Shown: positions 1 through 15,300 of the stretch, in pieces
Layout: each line of letters starts with the position of its first letter
Position numbering within the stretch: position 1 is the stretch's first letter
Assembly: GCA_964035545.1 (NCBI GenBank)
Contig: OZ037769.1
Location: 8,847,929-8,911,928 of the forward strand
Length of the DNA: 64,000 nucleotides
Direction of reading: 5' to 3'
Source: Bugula neritina
Lineage: Eukaryota > Animalia > Bryozoa
Made by a program: the position numbers and the translations under genes
Notes under the pieces: generated by a model
Database searches by the model: none
Told to the model about the DNA's origin: nothing
What the model saw: the letters and a program-made list of their open reading frames with translations, nothing else

Positions 1-3000
1 ATTACATGTAGCTACTAATATTATATGCTCACACATTACATGTAGCTACTAATATTATATGCTTATACATTACATGTAGCTACTAATATTATATGCTTAT
101 ACATTACATGTAGCTACTAATATTATATGCTTATACATTACATGTAGCTACTAATATTATATGCTTACACATTACATGTAGCTACTAATAATATATGCTT
201 ATACATTACATGTAGCTACTAATATTATATGCTTATACATTACATGTAGCTACTAATACTATATGCTTATACATTACATGTAGCTACTAATATTATATGC
301 TTATACATTACATGTAGCTAATAATATTATATGCTTATACATTACATGTAGCTAATAATATTATATGCTTATACATTACATGTAGCTACTAATATAATAT
401 ATGCTTATACATTACATGTAGCTACTAATATTATATGCTTATACATTACATGTAGCTACTAATATTATATGCTTATACATTACATGTAGCTACTAATACT
501 ATATGCTTATACATTACATGTAGCTACTAATATTATATGCTTATACATTACATGTAGCTACTAATATTATATGCTTATACATTACATGTAGCTACTAATA
601 CTATATGCTTATACATTACATGTAGCTACTAATATTATATGCTTATACATTACATGTAGCTAATAATATTATATGCTTATACATTACATGTAGCTAATAA
701 TATTATATGCTTATACATTACATGTAGCTACTAATATAATATATGCTTATACATTACATGTAGCTACTAATATTATATGCTTATACATTACATGTAGCTA
801 CTAATATTATATGCTTATACATTACATGTAGCTACTAATACTATATGCTTATACATTACATGTAGCTACTAATATTATATGCTTATACATTACATGTAGC
901 TACTAATACTATATGCTTATACATTACATGTAGCTACTAATATTATATGCTTATACATTACATGTAGCTACTAATATTATATGCTTATACATTACATGTA
1001 GCTACTAATATTATATGCTTATACATTACATGTAGCTACTGATATTATATGTTTATACATTACATGTAGCTACTAATATTATATGCTCACACATTACATG
1101 TAGCTACTAATATTATATGCTTATACATTACATGTAGCTACTGATATTATATGCTTATACATTACATGTAGCTAATAATATTATATGCTTATACATTACA
1201 TGTAGCTACTAATATTATATGCTTATACATTACATGTAGCTAATAATATTATATGCTTATACATTACATGTAGCTACTGATATTATATGCTTATACATTA
1301 CATGTAGCTAATAATATTATATGCTTATACATTACATGTAGCTACTAATACTATATGCTTATACATTACGTGTAGCTACTAATAATATATGCTTATACAT
1401 TACATGTAGCTACTAATATTATATGCTTATACATTACATGTAGCTACTGATATTATATGCTTATACATTACATGTAGCTACTAATATTATATGCTTATAC
1501 ATTACATGTAGCTACTAATACTATATGCTTACACATTACATGTAGCTACTAATATTATATGCTTATACATTACATGTAGCTACTAATACTATATGCTTAT
1601 ACACATTACATGTAGCTACTGATATTATATGCTTATACATTACATGTAGCTACTAATATTATATGCTTATACATTACATGTAGCTACTAATATTATATGC
1701 TTATACATTACATGTAGCTACTAATACTATATGCTTATACATTACATGTAGCTACTAATAATATATGCTTATACATTACATGTAGCTACTAATATTATAT
1801 GCTTATACATTACATGTAGCTACTAATATTATATGCTTACACATTACATGTAGCTAATAATACTATATGCTTATACATTACATGTAGCTACTAATATTAT
1901 ATGCTTATACATTACATGTAGCTACTAATATTATATGCTTATACATTACATGTAGCTACTAATATTATATGCTTATACATTACATGTAGCTACTAATACT
2001 ATATGATTACACATTACATGTAGCTAATAATACTATATGCTTATACATTACATGTAGCTAATAATATTATATGCTTATACATTACATGTAGCTACTAATA
2101 CTATATGCTTATACATTACATGTAGCTACTAATATTATATGCTTATACATTACATGTAGCTACTAATAATATATGCTTATACATTACATGTAGCTACTAA
2201 TATTATATGCTTATACATTACATGTAGCTACTAATATTATATGCTTATACATTACATGTAGCTAATACTATATACTTATACATTACATGTAGCTACTAAT
2301 ATTATATGCTTATACATTACATGTAGCTACTGATATTATATGCTTATACATTACATGTAGCTACTAATATTATATGCTTATACATTACATGTAGCTACTA
2401 ATATTATATGCTTATACATTACATGTAGCTACTAATATTATATGCTTATACATTACATGTAGCTACTAATATTATATGCTTATACATTACATGTAGCTAC
2501 TAATATTATATGCTTATACATTACATGTAGCTACTAATATTATATGCTTATACATTACATGTAGCTACTAATATTATATGCTTATACATTACATGTAGCT
2601 ACTAATATTATATGCTTATACATTACATGTAGCTGCTAATACTATATGCTTATACATTACATGTAGCTACTAATAATATATGCTTATACATTACATGTAG
2701 CTAATAATATTATATGCTTATACATTACATGTAGCTACTAATATTATATGTTCACACATTACATGTAGCTACTAATACTATATGCTTATACATTACATGT
2801 AGCTACTAATAATATATGCTTATACATTACATGTAGCTACTAATATTATATGCTTATACATTACATGTAGCTACTAATATTATATGCTTACACATTACAT
2901 GTAGCTAATAATACTATATGCTTATACATTACATGTAGCTACTAATATTATATGCTTATACATTACATGTAGCTACTAATATTATATGCTTATACATTAC

Positions 3001-4357
3001 ATGTAGCTACTAATATTATATGCTTATACATTACATGTAGCTAATAATACTATATGCTTATACATTACATGTAGCTACTAATATTATATGCTTATACATT
3101 ACATGTAGCTACTAATATTATATGCTTATACATTACATGTAGCTACTAATATTATATGCTTATACATTACATGTAGCTACTAATATTATATGCTTATACA
3201 TTACATGTAGCTACTAATACTATATGCTTATACATTACATGTAGCTACTAATAATATATGCTTATACATTACATGTAGCTAATAATATTATATGCTTATA
3301 CATTACATGTAGCTACTAATATTATATGTTCACACATTACATGTAGCTACTAATACTATATGCTTATACATTACATGTAGCTACTAATAATATATGCTTA
3401 TACATTACATGTAGCTACTAATATTATATGCTTATACATTACATGTAGCTACTAATATTATATGCTTACACATTACATGTAGCTAATAATACTATATGCT
3501 TATACATTACATGTAGCTACTAATATTATATGCTTATACATTACATGTAGCTACTAATATTATATGCTTATACATTACATGTAGCTACTAATATTATATG
3601 CTTATACATTACATGTAGCTAATAATACTATATGCTTATACATTACATGTAGCTAATAATATTATATGCTTATACATTACATGTAGCTACTAATACTATA
3701 TGCTTATACATTACATGTAGCTACTAATATTATATGCTTATACATTACATGTAGCTACTAATAATATATGCTTATACATTACATGTAGCTACTAATATTA
3801 TATGCTTATACATTACATGTAGCTACTAATATTATATGCTTATACATTACATGTAGCTACTAATATTATATGCTTATACATTACATGTAGCTAATACTAT
3901 ATACTTATACATTACATGTAGCTACTAATATTATATGCTTATACATTACATGTAGCTACTGATATTATATGCTTATACATTACATGTAGCTACTAATATT
4001 ATATGCTTATACATTACATGTAGCTACTGATATTATATGCTTATACATTACATGTAGCTACTAATATTATATGCTTATACATTACATGTAGCTATTAATA
4101 CTATATGCTTATACACATTACATGTAGCTACTAATATTATATGCTTATACATTACATGTAGCTACTAATACTATATGCTTATACATTACATGTAGCTACT
4201 AATACTATATACTTATACATTACATGTAGCTACTAATACTATATGCTTATACATTACATGTAGCTACTAATATTATATGCTTACACATTACATGTAGCTA
4301 CTAATATTATATGCTTATACATTACATGTAGCTAATAATACTATATGCTTATACATT
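1..4357. repeat. 34-bp minisatellite array (>125 copies, runs off the left edge), probably intronic to the TRPV gene
   Basis: Unit ATTACATGTAGCTACTAATATTATATGCTTATAC repeated continuously with minor variants. Confidence 0.98.
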
Positions 4358-4588
4358 AAAGAAAATATTCTGTATTACATAATATGTTGAAAATCTAAGT
4401 ATTTGCTTTTTATATTGATTTATACATTTTTTATTACAGTTTGAAATTGGATAGTTTTATTAATTATAGAGGAGATAACAGCGACACTAAATTAAATACA
4501 CTTCCCATTCTACAATTTTCACTAAAAACTCGCATGTCTAAACACTCTTTGATGTTTGAAGTAAACAGTGTAATATCTACTATTTTAG

Positions 4589-7500
4589 TATCAACACTTT
4601 GATAGTACGAAGCACCCTCAATTCACAAAGATTATCTTTGTTGTGTTTATGATGGTGATGCCCATATTACTGCTGAACATGTTGATTGCAATGATGGGCA
4701 ACACATACCTCAACATCACAGCCAAGTCTGAGAAAGAGTGGATTAGACAGTGGGCTAAGATTGTGCTGGTACTAGAAAGGGCGTTCACTAAAGAGTCCCT
4801 AAGTAAATTCCAAGACCAATATTCTGTTTCCGTAGACAATCCACCAAAAATAGATGCAGAGCATATGGGTATGCGAGTCAGATTATCTTGTTCAAACCTT
4901 TCAATAATGTTTAATCTACTTTGTTGTGTTTAAAGCTATGTCTACACATTATCAACTTGTTTGTATAAAACAAGATAGCTGCATTTATTAAAATTCAGAC
5001 CTTTATTTCCTAAAATAAAAAGTGCACATGTTAATGCAGAAAATACAACTTGACACCTGAATATAACTTTAATGTGGCAGCAAATTAAGCCAATGAATTG
5101 ACTTGCATTATTCTTGAGTCTTCCCAGCGTACACTAGGGACCTGACCTGTAAACTTTTTTCTCATCAGCAATACCATCACAAAACATATTTTGATGTAAT
5201 TATATGCTATGCAGAGCCTTAGCACACAAAAAGTAGTTCTACATACAACTTTAGATGCTGACAAGGCAGATGGGAAGAAAGTAGTGTACAGGGGATTAAT
5301 GGTTATAAAACAATCAAATAAGACGATGGCCAAACAACGGAAGAGTGCCATCATTAATTGGAAGGTAATTTTCTGTTTCATAATACTAATGCAGGGTTTA
5401 TCAAGAGTGTAGTAGTGTAGTAGCATATACACATAGTTGCACTATTTACATATATGTATATCATTATAAAGTATGCTAAAAACAAAAAAAAAGCAAAAAA
5501 ACTCACGCAAGTTTATAGTCACTATCCCTCGGAGAAACCCCTGATAGAAAGGATTTTTGTTAAACCGGGCTAAGGACTTGTTCAGATGAGGCACAGGAGC
5601 AATTATGACTGGATGCTCTTCCTAACATCACCAATGGCCTTTGTCGGGGTTTGAACCCATAACTTCGTGTTTACAAAGCAAACACTCTAACCCCTAAACC
5701 ATGGCTGGTAAAGTTGTTCCTCAAAAAAAAGCATTTTTCAAATTATAAGATTTTCATGTTAATATATGCTTATAAATAGTAGGGCTATACTGCTTTCCTT
5801 TTCAACATAAATCTGATCAAATTGTTGTAAAATATTTATATGGTTCAGTATAAGGTAAAATTCTACAAAAGCACATGTTAAAACACAATTGATAACTAGG
5901 TTCTAGGATTATAATACTTTGACTAGACTCATCTGGCATTTTCAGAGAGGATTAGATGACAGGAAAAAACATTCTTTTATATTGTATAAAAAGCAAATGA
6001 TAGCCTTGAATCTTTGCACTTACTTGGTTAGGTGCCACTCTGATGCATCGCTAGTTTTCAATTGGAAAAATAGTTAAAAAGATTCAAGCTTGATGCGTGT
6101 TTATTAAATTATGCATAAAATTCTCTACAATCACATACACAGTTATTATATTTCCTCAATGCGCTTTGATCCAAACACATGTCAACTAATAAAGCACAGG
6201 TATAGTGATAGGAATCATTTGAGTTAGTAAATTGTGTTTAAAAAGTAACAGCAATAATTTTGACATGTATTAACTCACATATGTACTAGTCATGCTTGCC
6301 TGTTTTAATTTATATGCATATTACATAAAGTTATAACCAACGACAGCTATGATATATAATGCAGCAATCAGTATAGTAAATGTCCTTACAATGTCTTGTT
6401 ATTTATTAGTACAATACTTTGTGAATTATATGAGTCTGTTTTCAGTGGATGTTGAAAAGTACAATGCAGCTAATAAAGGATAAGAAGAAAGCTGGTTATG
6501 AAGGACCAATCACCTTTAAAACAATCTTTCCAGATGGAGACGATTTTCCCACATATGAAGGCGGAGCCAAAAACCAGTTTGCAAGTAAGTAGAGGCGTCT
6601 TCCACTCAGGATGGATATTTTTTTTAAAATGGGGTTAGTGATATTTCGTTTAGTATATATAGTTTACAGTATTCCTGAAGTAATTCAACAACTTTGAGTT
6701 GTTAAAAATTTATTATTCCCAGCCTGGGTGAATTTAGCCAGCGTATAAAATCATTCTATGCATTGTGACTGTAGCATACTACGCATATTATAGAAATAAT
6801 TATTATATTATAATATAATACATACTTAGCAGACTAGACAAGTTATATTTGAAATTTGTACCTTTCTTGAGATATAATACATAATTTCATACAAATTACA
6901 GTCATTAGTTGCACAGATAATATTGATGCATTTACAACCAGGTTCACTTAAAGCTGTGTTTTTCCGATGAGCTATATAATATAAATTCAAAACCTGTAAG
7001 TTAAATGGGAACGATTTCACAAAATTAAACAGCTTAAAACATTCGACATTTGCTACATTACTATTTACAACTTTAAAACGCCCAAAAAATAACCCCAATG
7101 CTGCTTAGATGCAACAATTTAACGGAAAAATGTAAATTATTAAAGCCCTTGAAACTAGTAGGTATAACATAATGATAACATACATTCTTTCATACACTAC
7201 CTTCCCATATGCTTTGAAATAAAATAATGAACTCTCAAAATGAAAATAACAGTCAACTTATTTAAGCCTTGTTTTGGCTTACAGAAAAATCTTATAAATT
7301 TAGGATGATTAGTGATTATCTGAAATAATAGCGCTACTTCATGGCACTGAATTACATAGACTTCTCATATCTATATACCAGCACACATCGTTCAGAATGA
7401 GTTGAAGATGGTAAAAAAATAACACAGTGGTGCAGTTGTCCGTTAAACTAAAAATTAAAATGTACGTATTAGAAAGAAATAAAATCTGGCTGTAGGTTTT

Positions 7501-10500
7501 TGCTAGAACTATTTTAACAGAAAAATATAAAATAGATAAATGGTAAATACTTGGAATAATAAAGCAGTGTTACAATGAACTTTGATTGCAATTATGTCTT
7601 ATTTGCAATAAATAAAGCTGACAAAGCAATTGAAGTTTTTAGTATAGACAACTATTACAAACTAAAATAACTCACTTATATCTGCTTGAAGGCTAAATAA
7701 ATGCAAACAATAAAATTACCTGCATTGGAATATGTTTTGTACAGGTCTATATGTTTTAATAAGTGATTAATTCGGAATAAATCATTATATCCTTTTGTGC
7801 TAATGTTAGGTCATTACCTTCAAGGTCAAATTACTGTAGCATATGTTTCTAAGTTCCCATGCAGCTAACCACTTTGTATGTTCATCTGATGGTAACCAGG
7901 TGGAATGGTGTTGAGGGTAATAAATAAGCTAGCTCTACCATGTAAGTGGTGCTTTTAACTGCTGCTTTAATATTTAGCAATAATATTATGCTACCATGCT
8001 TTATTTCTTGCAGTACTTTTTGCTAACATTTCTGCTCCGTCATTCACATAATCACATCATTGTCGTAGCTAGCATGAATTATATTTCTGCATATACTGAT
8101 CTCTAGCTAGCCGATATTAGTATCATACCAATAGTATCAGATAGGTGTCAACCATTGCTCTATTGTCAGCTACTCACTAACTCTAAGTGTCATGACTACG
8201 AAGTTGTATTTTTCTCTGATGGATGTTAACGTATTTTAGTTTATTTCACTACAATATCATATATATAAATATCTGAGCTTTTATTTTATCTAAGCTAACT
8301 ATGCTAGAGGAAAAATTGATCATTGTGCAAATTTAAACTGTATTTATTCATGATCAAGATATAATTGACGTCTAATGATTTTCGATTCTTTCAGGAGCTA
8401 ATTCACATATGATTTTATTTATGTTAGGTAAAACAAAGTTTCAGATTCAACCAGAAACTGTCCAAATACAGCTGAAATTATTGTTAGTCTTTTTCATTTA
8501 AAACACAAAGATAAGCAAAACAGCCAATTCATGTCTGCTTATTATATATGCCATTATTACATAGTAGACTAAACATGCTCAACTAACATGCTTTGTAGCC
8601 AGTTTTATTTTGTAATATTTCATTTAGCTTATTATATAACACACATCTAGTTTTCAGTGTTTGAGACGTGTGGTTATTGGTGGATACAATAGCCTTATAA
8701 GTTTTTTACACACATTTTATAAGTTATTGATCAGCTATTTAAAAGTGGAATAGCTGCTAACACATTTGTATTTGAAATATTACAATTAAACCTATATATC
8801 TAACAAACATCGATGTTTATGCTTGCATCTCATTGATTTTATAAACTTTATTTCCTAATTCACTTTAACTACTTGAAACAATGTTTTAACATTGTTTGAA
8901 ATCACATGTTTGCAACACCTAATTTTACTCTAGCTGCGCCATGACTCCATCATATACTAATATATAACTTGACAAACTGTTTGAACTTAAGATGACACAG
9001 CAGTTGAGTCTAACAATTGCTTGAAAGTCCTACACTGTGCAAGATTTTGCAAGCACATCTTTTGTAATCAACAAATCTAACATTTCTCATTAATAACAAT
9101 TTACAGAAAAAATTTTTATGAAATGGCGTAAGCAATTTAAGGCTCAGAAGCTAACATCTGCTTGTAAATTTAAAGCTTCCACTCATTCTCTGCAGTGGGC
9201 TTAAGTTTAAAGAAAAGGTCGTCAGCTGTATTTGGTGCGGGTGACCCTGGTATTACTGCTGCTGTCAAGCAACTAGCCTGGGAGCGAGATCTGGACCTCT
9301 GTGCAGGTAAACCTGCACTACACACAGGGAAACCTGATCGGCAGCTGACACCTCTAGACCAGATTGACAGCCCGCCAGACAGCAGGCCAACTACACTTTC
9401 TGTCCCAGATACTGGCAGAACCACAGTGAGTATTTACATCACACTTCTAGATGTGAAATTAAGGCTTTTTCATTTATTAAACTTGAATAACTGTAGGATG
9501 GAGTTCTTGCAAACTTTTGATGCTTTTCAAAGTCATGTTTATAAGAGCATATCAAGTAATTGCTATTGGCAGCTGTTCTACTTAGGCATAAATTAATGCA
9601 GATCATTGCTATGTTGGGGTCCATTCATAAATTTATGGAGCCTGGTTACTTTTTTACAAGCAGAATTCTCGCATTAAGAATATCCACTCGAATTAAGACT
9701 TATTTTTAGAAAAGCAGCTTCTACCGTACTTGTTCAATAATGTTTGTCACTTTACTGTTAATAATATGTGCAATTCCTTTTCATTAGCTCTAAAAAGCTT
9801 ACATACATGTATGTAAAGATATGATTATCAAAGTACATTGAACAGCTGTTTAAAATTATAGATTTTATCTTGGTGTCACACAAAGCTACTGGTAGTGTCA
9901 GTCTAAGGTGAGGATTGATTGCATTGAATAGTGTTTCAAATAAACACTACAGAGACAGAATTAATCTCTTTTCTAAACATGAATAATTCAATAGTTTGAA
10001 GAAGCCAGCATAATACTTAGTAAAAAAGTGGCAGTATTTTAACTTGAACTCAACCTTTAGAATAAAATATGTGCTCTAACCTTGCTTATGTACAGTTTAT
10101 TCATCAGATGAATTCAATAATTTATAAAATAGAAAAAATTGTTTTAGCTTTACTTTTTCTCAATGCCCAATTGTTCCATGTGTGGCTCATAACTGTTGTT
10201 CATGTTGAATAATTACAAGCCAAACCAGGACTTCTCTTCTTTGCTTAAACCTAAGCAGTTCTTGGTAACATCAGGTAATTCTGGTATAGTTAGTCATTTC
10301 TTCTCTTCCCTGTCTCTAAGAGCTGCTAACTGAGTGACTAAATGCTACATAGGTATATTTTTAATGAATTACAAAATGACTAAAATGTGTTGAGGATTGT
10401 TAAAAATCTATAGTCATCAGAAAGTAGTTATATGCCAACTGTTGAAGAATGGTTGGGAACTGCATGAGAACTGTGTGTGAACATGTTATGTCTAGGCTAT

Positions 10501-11076
10501 AGTGTCCTGTAGAATGTTGTAAGCATGTTTATAATTCCACCTGTCTGCATGCACCATAGCTCAAAGCAGTGTAAGATGTATCATGCCCTTTAACACTGTA
10601 GAACTTCATTGTGTGGCTATTGGCTGTTACAGAATTACTTTTTTGCATCAAAATGTTTTTATAGTTATAATACAAAGTTATGTATATACTAGCATGAAAT
10701 TTAAAATAATATTTAAAATTGCCAAGAAAAATATTCTAATTTTAAGGTTTGAAACTGTATATAATATATGCACCTATTCCACTAATGTTTTCATTCTTTT
10801 ATCATAGAAAAAACAAAGCTTATATGCTTTTAAATTAATGGCATATCCTAAGCAAAATTTGACTTAAAAAATAACTATTAAATGATCCTGGAATGTTTAT
10901 AATGTTTTAAGAAACAAAAAAGTGTTATAGAAATCATCAAGGACCTGGACTACATTGTATTTTCATTACAGATTGACTACCTTGATGACGACGAGCTTGA
11001 GGATATTATCAAGCAGGCAGAAGATTATGAGAGGATGACTCCAAACAGCACAGCATCCATACAAAGCAAATCTTAG
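4589..11076 (+). CDS. TRPV cation channel, Inactive/OSM-9-like; 3' exons only (4589-4868, 5255-5364, 6446-6584, 9196-9425, 10972-11076)
   Basis: S6/TRP region FMMVMPILLLNMLIAMMGNTY...EKEWIRQWAKIVLVLER and GLMVIKQSNKTMAKQRKSAIINWK resemble invertebrate Iav/OSM-9. GT-AG sites give phase-consistent joins to TAG at 11074-11076. The 5' exons lie outside the window. Confidence 0.9.
5525..5708 (-). mobile_element. tRNA-derived SINE (degenerate)
   Basis: The minus strand shows a tRNA-like head with an A-box-like TGGTTTAGGGGTTAGAG and a B-box GGTTCAAACCCC, followed by a non-tRNA body. The 3' boundary is approximate. Confidence 0.65.
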
Positions 11077-12127
11077 GACAGCAGAGCACAGTACTCTAGT
11101 AACAACAGTGTTGAATATCATTATGTATGAACAACATTTTTAGGCGAAACACTACTCACGGTGTTCACCATTGCTTCCAATAACATAATATTTTATGAAG
11201 CTTTTATTATCAATATTGCAGCTAATATTTACTATTTTCTCACTTTGGAAAAGTTTATTTTATTTTTATATTTGTGTAACTGCATAATAGCGCCAGAATT
11301 CTTCATCAAGTTTCTGCTGGTCTTCATATTAAATACATTAGTAAATTCAGAGAATCGCAATTGATATTTTTATAATAAATTGAAGAAATTGATACATGGA
11401 CCAACTATATTATAATTGAATAAGAAACTATAGGTATTAATGCATGAAAGTAGAAATAAAAACCGAATAATCTAGTGGCATGCTATTTTTTATTATTGGT
11501 GACATTATACAGCATAGTGCTCTAGGAGAAATGTTAAGGCATCATGATTATGATTTGAGACAAATTTTAAGTTTTATATGGACAATTTATTCCACAAATC
11601 GGTCAGCTACATGTACATGCATTTTGAAAATTTATAAACTTCGCTTAAAATTACAGCATTATGTTTTAAAAGAAAGAGAGATCGCCCATTAGCTAGTAGT
11701 AATATAATAATAAAGCCACGGAATAATAAAGCAGGCATGTTTTCTAAAACCATAACTTAGCTGCATGAATAAAATTATTCACCCTTAACCAGCCAAACTT
11801 GCATCATAGCAAAATTTTAATGTAAAAATGTAAATAGAAAACTTAGATTGCGTGCATACCACAGTGACCTATACACAAAGGATGTATTGAAATCAAAATC
11901 TTGAGTATAAATATTGGACCTTTGAGATTCAAGCCACAACCCCTCTTTGCAAACCATGACCTGTGTTGACTGACAGGGATATACGAGTATCTAGTGATTG
12001 TAGCTACATAAGAGTCACGTAACATTATGTAGGATACATTGTGACTAGTAAGAGAGGGAGGCAAGTGTATGGCGCTTGGCAACAGAGAGAGAGAGAGTCT
12101 GTGTGTGAAATCAAAATGATTAGACAT

Positions 12128-12311
12128 CTACAGTTCATCATGTATGTTGAAAGTTCTACAGTTCATCATGTATGTTGAAGGTTCTACAGTTCATCACGTA
12201 TGTTGAAGGTTCTACAGTTCATCATGTATGTTGAAAGTTCTACAGTTCATCGTGTATTTTGAAGGTTCTACAGTTCATCATGTATGTTGAAGATTCTACA
12301 GTTCATCATGC
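12128..12311. repeat. 28-bp tandem repeat (~6.5 copies) overlapping the P3H stop codon
   Basis: Unit CTACAGTTCATCATGTATGTTGAAGGTT; its reverse complement contains CAT GAT GAA CTG TAG. Confidence 0.95.
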
Positions 12312-15300
12312 ATTTGATTATGGTTGTGTAACTTGTCCAGCATGTCTCTAGCATCTGCCCTACTCTGCTCAGAGTGATGCGGATCCAATGTAAACCAGAC
12401 AGCAAGAGCACACCTTCTCCCAGACCTGACAGCCTTCACTCCGTGATAGTCTCCAGCATGGAAGGCAACCAGCCTACCACACTTTGGCTTGACTGAAGAC
12501 TAAAATATACAGTGAAGTTAGACTATCTCAGTATCGTAGTCCTAGCACATCATGGTATCATAGTATCATAGCACATCATAGTATCATAGCACATGTATAG
12601 CACATCATAGTACCATAGCGCATGTATAGCAAATCATAGTATCATAGCACATGTATAGCACATTATAGTATCATAGCACATATATAGCACATCATAGTTA
12701 TCATAGTCATAGCCCATCATAGTATCATAGCACATGTATAGCACATCATAGTATCATAGCACATGTATAGCACATCATAGTATCATAGTCATAGCACATA
12801 GTTACATTTGCCTGTCGAGGAAAACGTTGAGTAGCCAGCACTATGACGCACCTATCTACACACTTGTTGAAAATATTTACCAAGTTAGCGCAACAAACTG
12901 CTTCTTACCCACTAAACACACTTTGCCGCACAGTAGGCCGTAACGTAAAATGTCAGCCATTTGTAATGTGCCTGGGGCTGAAATTTCCAAAGTGCGCTAT
13001 TGGGTACATCCCTGACACCTCACTGGACATTTACATCCAATGAATTGACAACAACGTTTTCCTGCTCAATAGGAGCCCGTCGCAATTTTTTAATCAAGCA
13101 GTGCTTGATCCTGACATACCGCAACACCGTACAGGAAGCTCGAGCATTTGTAAAAATGGCCAACATTTTACGTTATGGCTTACGGTGCGGCAAAGTGTGT
13201 CTAGGGGGTTAAGCTACTTTTATTAGTTGCACAGAAAAAATCTTGCCACCAGGACCCCTTCTTAATGTAATGATAATAGATTCAGAGGAAATTTTAGTTG
13301 AAAACTATGATATATATAGATATATGTAGGAGGTGTAAATACACTACCTGCTCATGTTTATGGTTGTCTGTGAAAAAGAACTCCCCTCCTTCAAAGTTGT
13401 CATTAAGATAGAGAAGTCCACTGCAACACAGCCACCAGCAAGTGAGTGTTTAATGAGCAAAACATTAATTTGATTATAAAGACAAAATAGTTAACATGGG
13501 AAGCCACTCTTACATAATTCTTCTCACGTATTACATGGGCATCAATTTACAAGAAGCTTACCAAAGTGTAATTGCAGATAACATTTTAGCATAGCTCCTT
13601 AAAGTGAGTTTACCACACATTAACATTCACCTAAAGAATTAATAAATTACTATCCAATTGCATTGCCTATTCTCCCATAACTTAACCAATCATGTACAGG
13701 TGAACGGACTTTCTAGAGACACAAAGAGGAATGTTCCACTGTAAGGAGAATATTGTGTAGCTAGGAGCTGAGGGTGGAGAGACTAACCTGTAAGCTCTGT
13801 GTGTATAAGAGGATGATGTTTTGTGGCATGTGCCATCTTTCTGAATAGCACAGTTGTCGGCATGTACCGGGTGACTGAGGTCAGCTCTGCTCGACCTCTC
13901 ATCTGCAATCATAGTGTCAACTACATCTCCTCCATGCCACCTACTCACAGTATAATAACCTACATCTCCTTCATGCCACCTACTCACAGTATAATAACCT
14001 ACATCTCCTCCATGCCACCTACTCACAGTATAATAACCTACATCTCCTCCATGCTACCTACTCACAGTATAATAACCTACATCTCCTCCATGTCACCTAC
14101 TCACTGTATAATAACCTACATCTCCTCCATGCCACCTACTCACAGTATAATAACTTACATCTCCTCCATGCTACCTACTCACTGTATAATAACCTACATC
14201 TCCTCCATGCCACCTACTCACAGTATAATAACCTACATCTCCTCCATGCTACCTACTCACTGTATAATAACCTACATCTCCTCCATGCTACCTACTCACA
14301 GTATAATAACCTACATCTCCTCCATGCCACCTACTCACAGTATAATAACCTACATCTCCTCCATGCCACCTACTCACAGTATAATAACCTACATCTCCTC
14401 CATGTCACCTACTCACTGTATAATAACCTACATCTCCTCCATGCCACCTACTCACTGTATAATAACCTACATCTCCTCCATGCCACCTACTCACTGTATA
14501 ATAACCTACATCTCTTCCATGCTACCTGCTCACTGTATAACCTACATCTCCTCCATGCCACCTACTCACAGTATAATAACCTACATCTCCTCCATGCTAC
14601 CTACTCACAGTATAATAACCTACATCTCCTCCATGCTACCTGCTCACTGTATAACCTACATCTCCTCCATGCCACCTACTCACAGTATAATAACCTACAT
14701 CTCCTCCATGCCACCTACTCCCTGTATAATAACCTACATCTCCTCCATGCCACCTACTCACTGTATAATAACCTACATCTCCTCCATGCCACCTACTCAC
14801 TGTATAATAACCTACATCTCCTCCATGCCACCTACTCACTGTATACTAACCTACATCTCCCCCATGCTACCTACTCACTGTATAATAACCTACATCTCCT
14901 CCATGTCACCTACTCACAGTATAATAATCTACATCTCCTCCATGCTATCTACTCACAATATACTAACCTACATCTCCTCCATGCTATCTACTCACAGTAT
15001 AATAATCTACATCTCCTCCATGCTATCTACTCACTGTATAATAACCTACATCTCCTCCATGCCACCTACTCACTGTATAACCTACATCTCTTCCATGCCA
15101 CCTACTCACAATATACTAACCTACATCTCCTCCATGCTATCTACTCACAGTATAATAATCTACATCTCCTCCATGCTACCTACTCACAGTATAATAACCT
15201 ACATCTCCTCCATGCTACCTACTCACAGTATAATAACCTACATCTCCTCCATGCTACCTACTCACAATATACTAACCTACATCTCCTCCATGCTACCTAC

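Noticed and set aside
1-4357. CRISPR-like array
   Set aside because: Units are contiguous with no unique spacers, the context is eukaryotic, and there are no cas genes.
5640-5708. Functional tRNA gene
   Set aside because: The cloverleaf is degenerate and runs into a SINE-like body.
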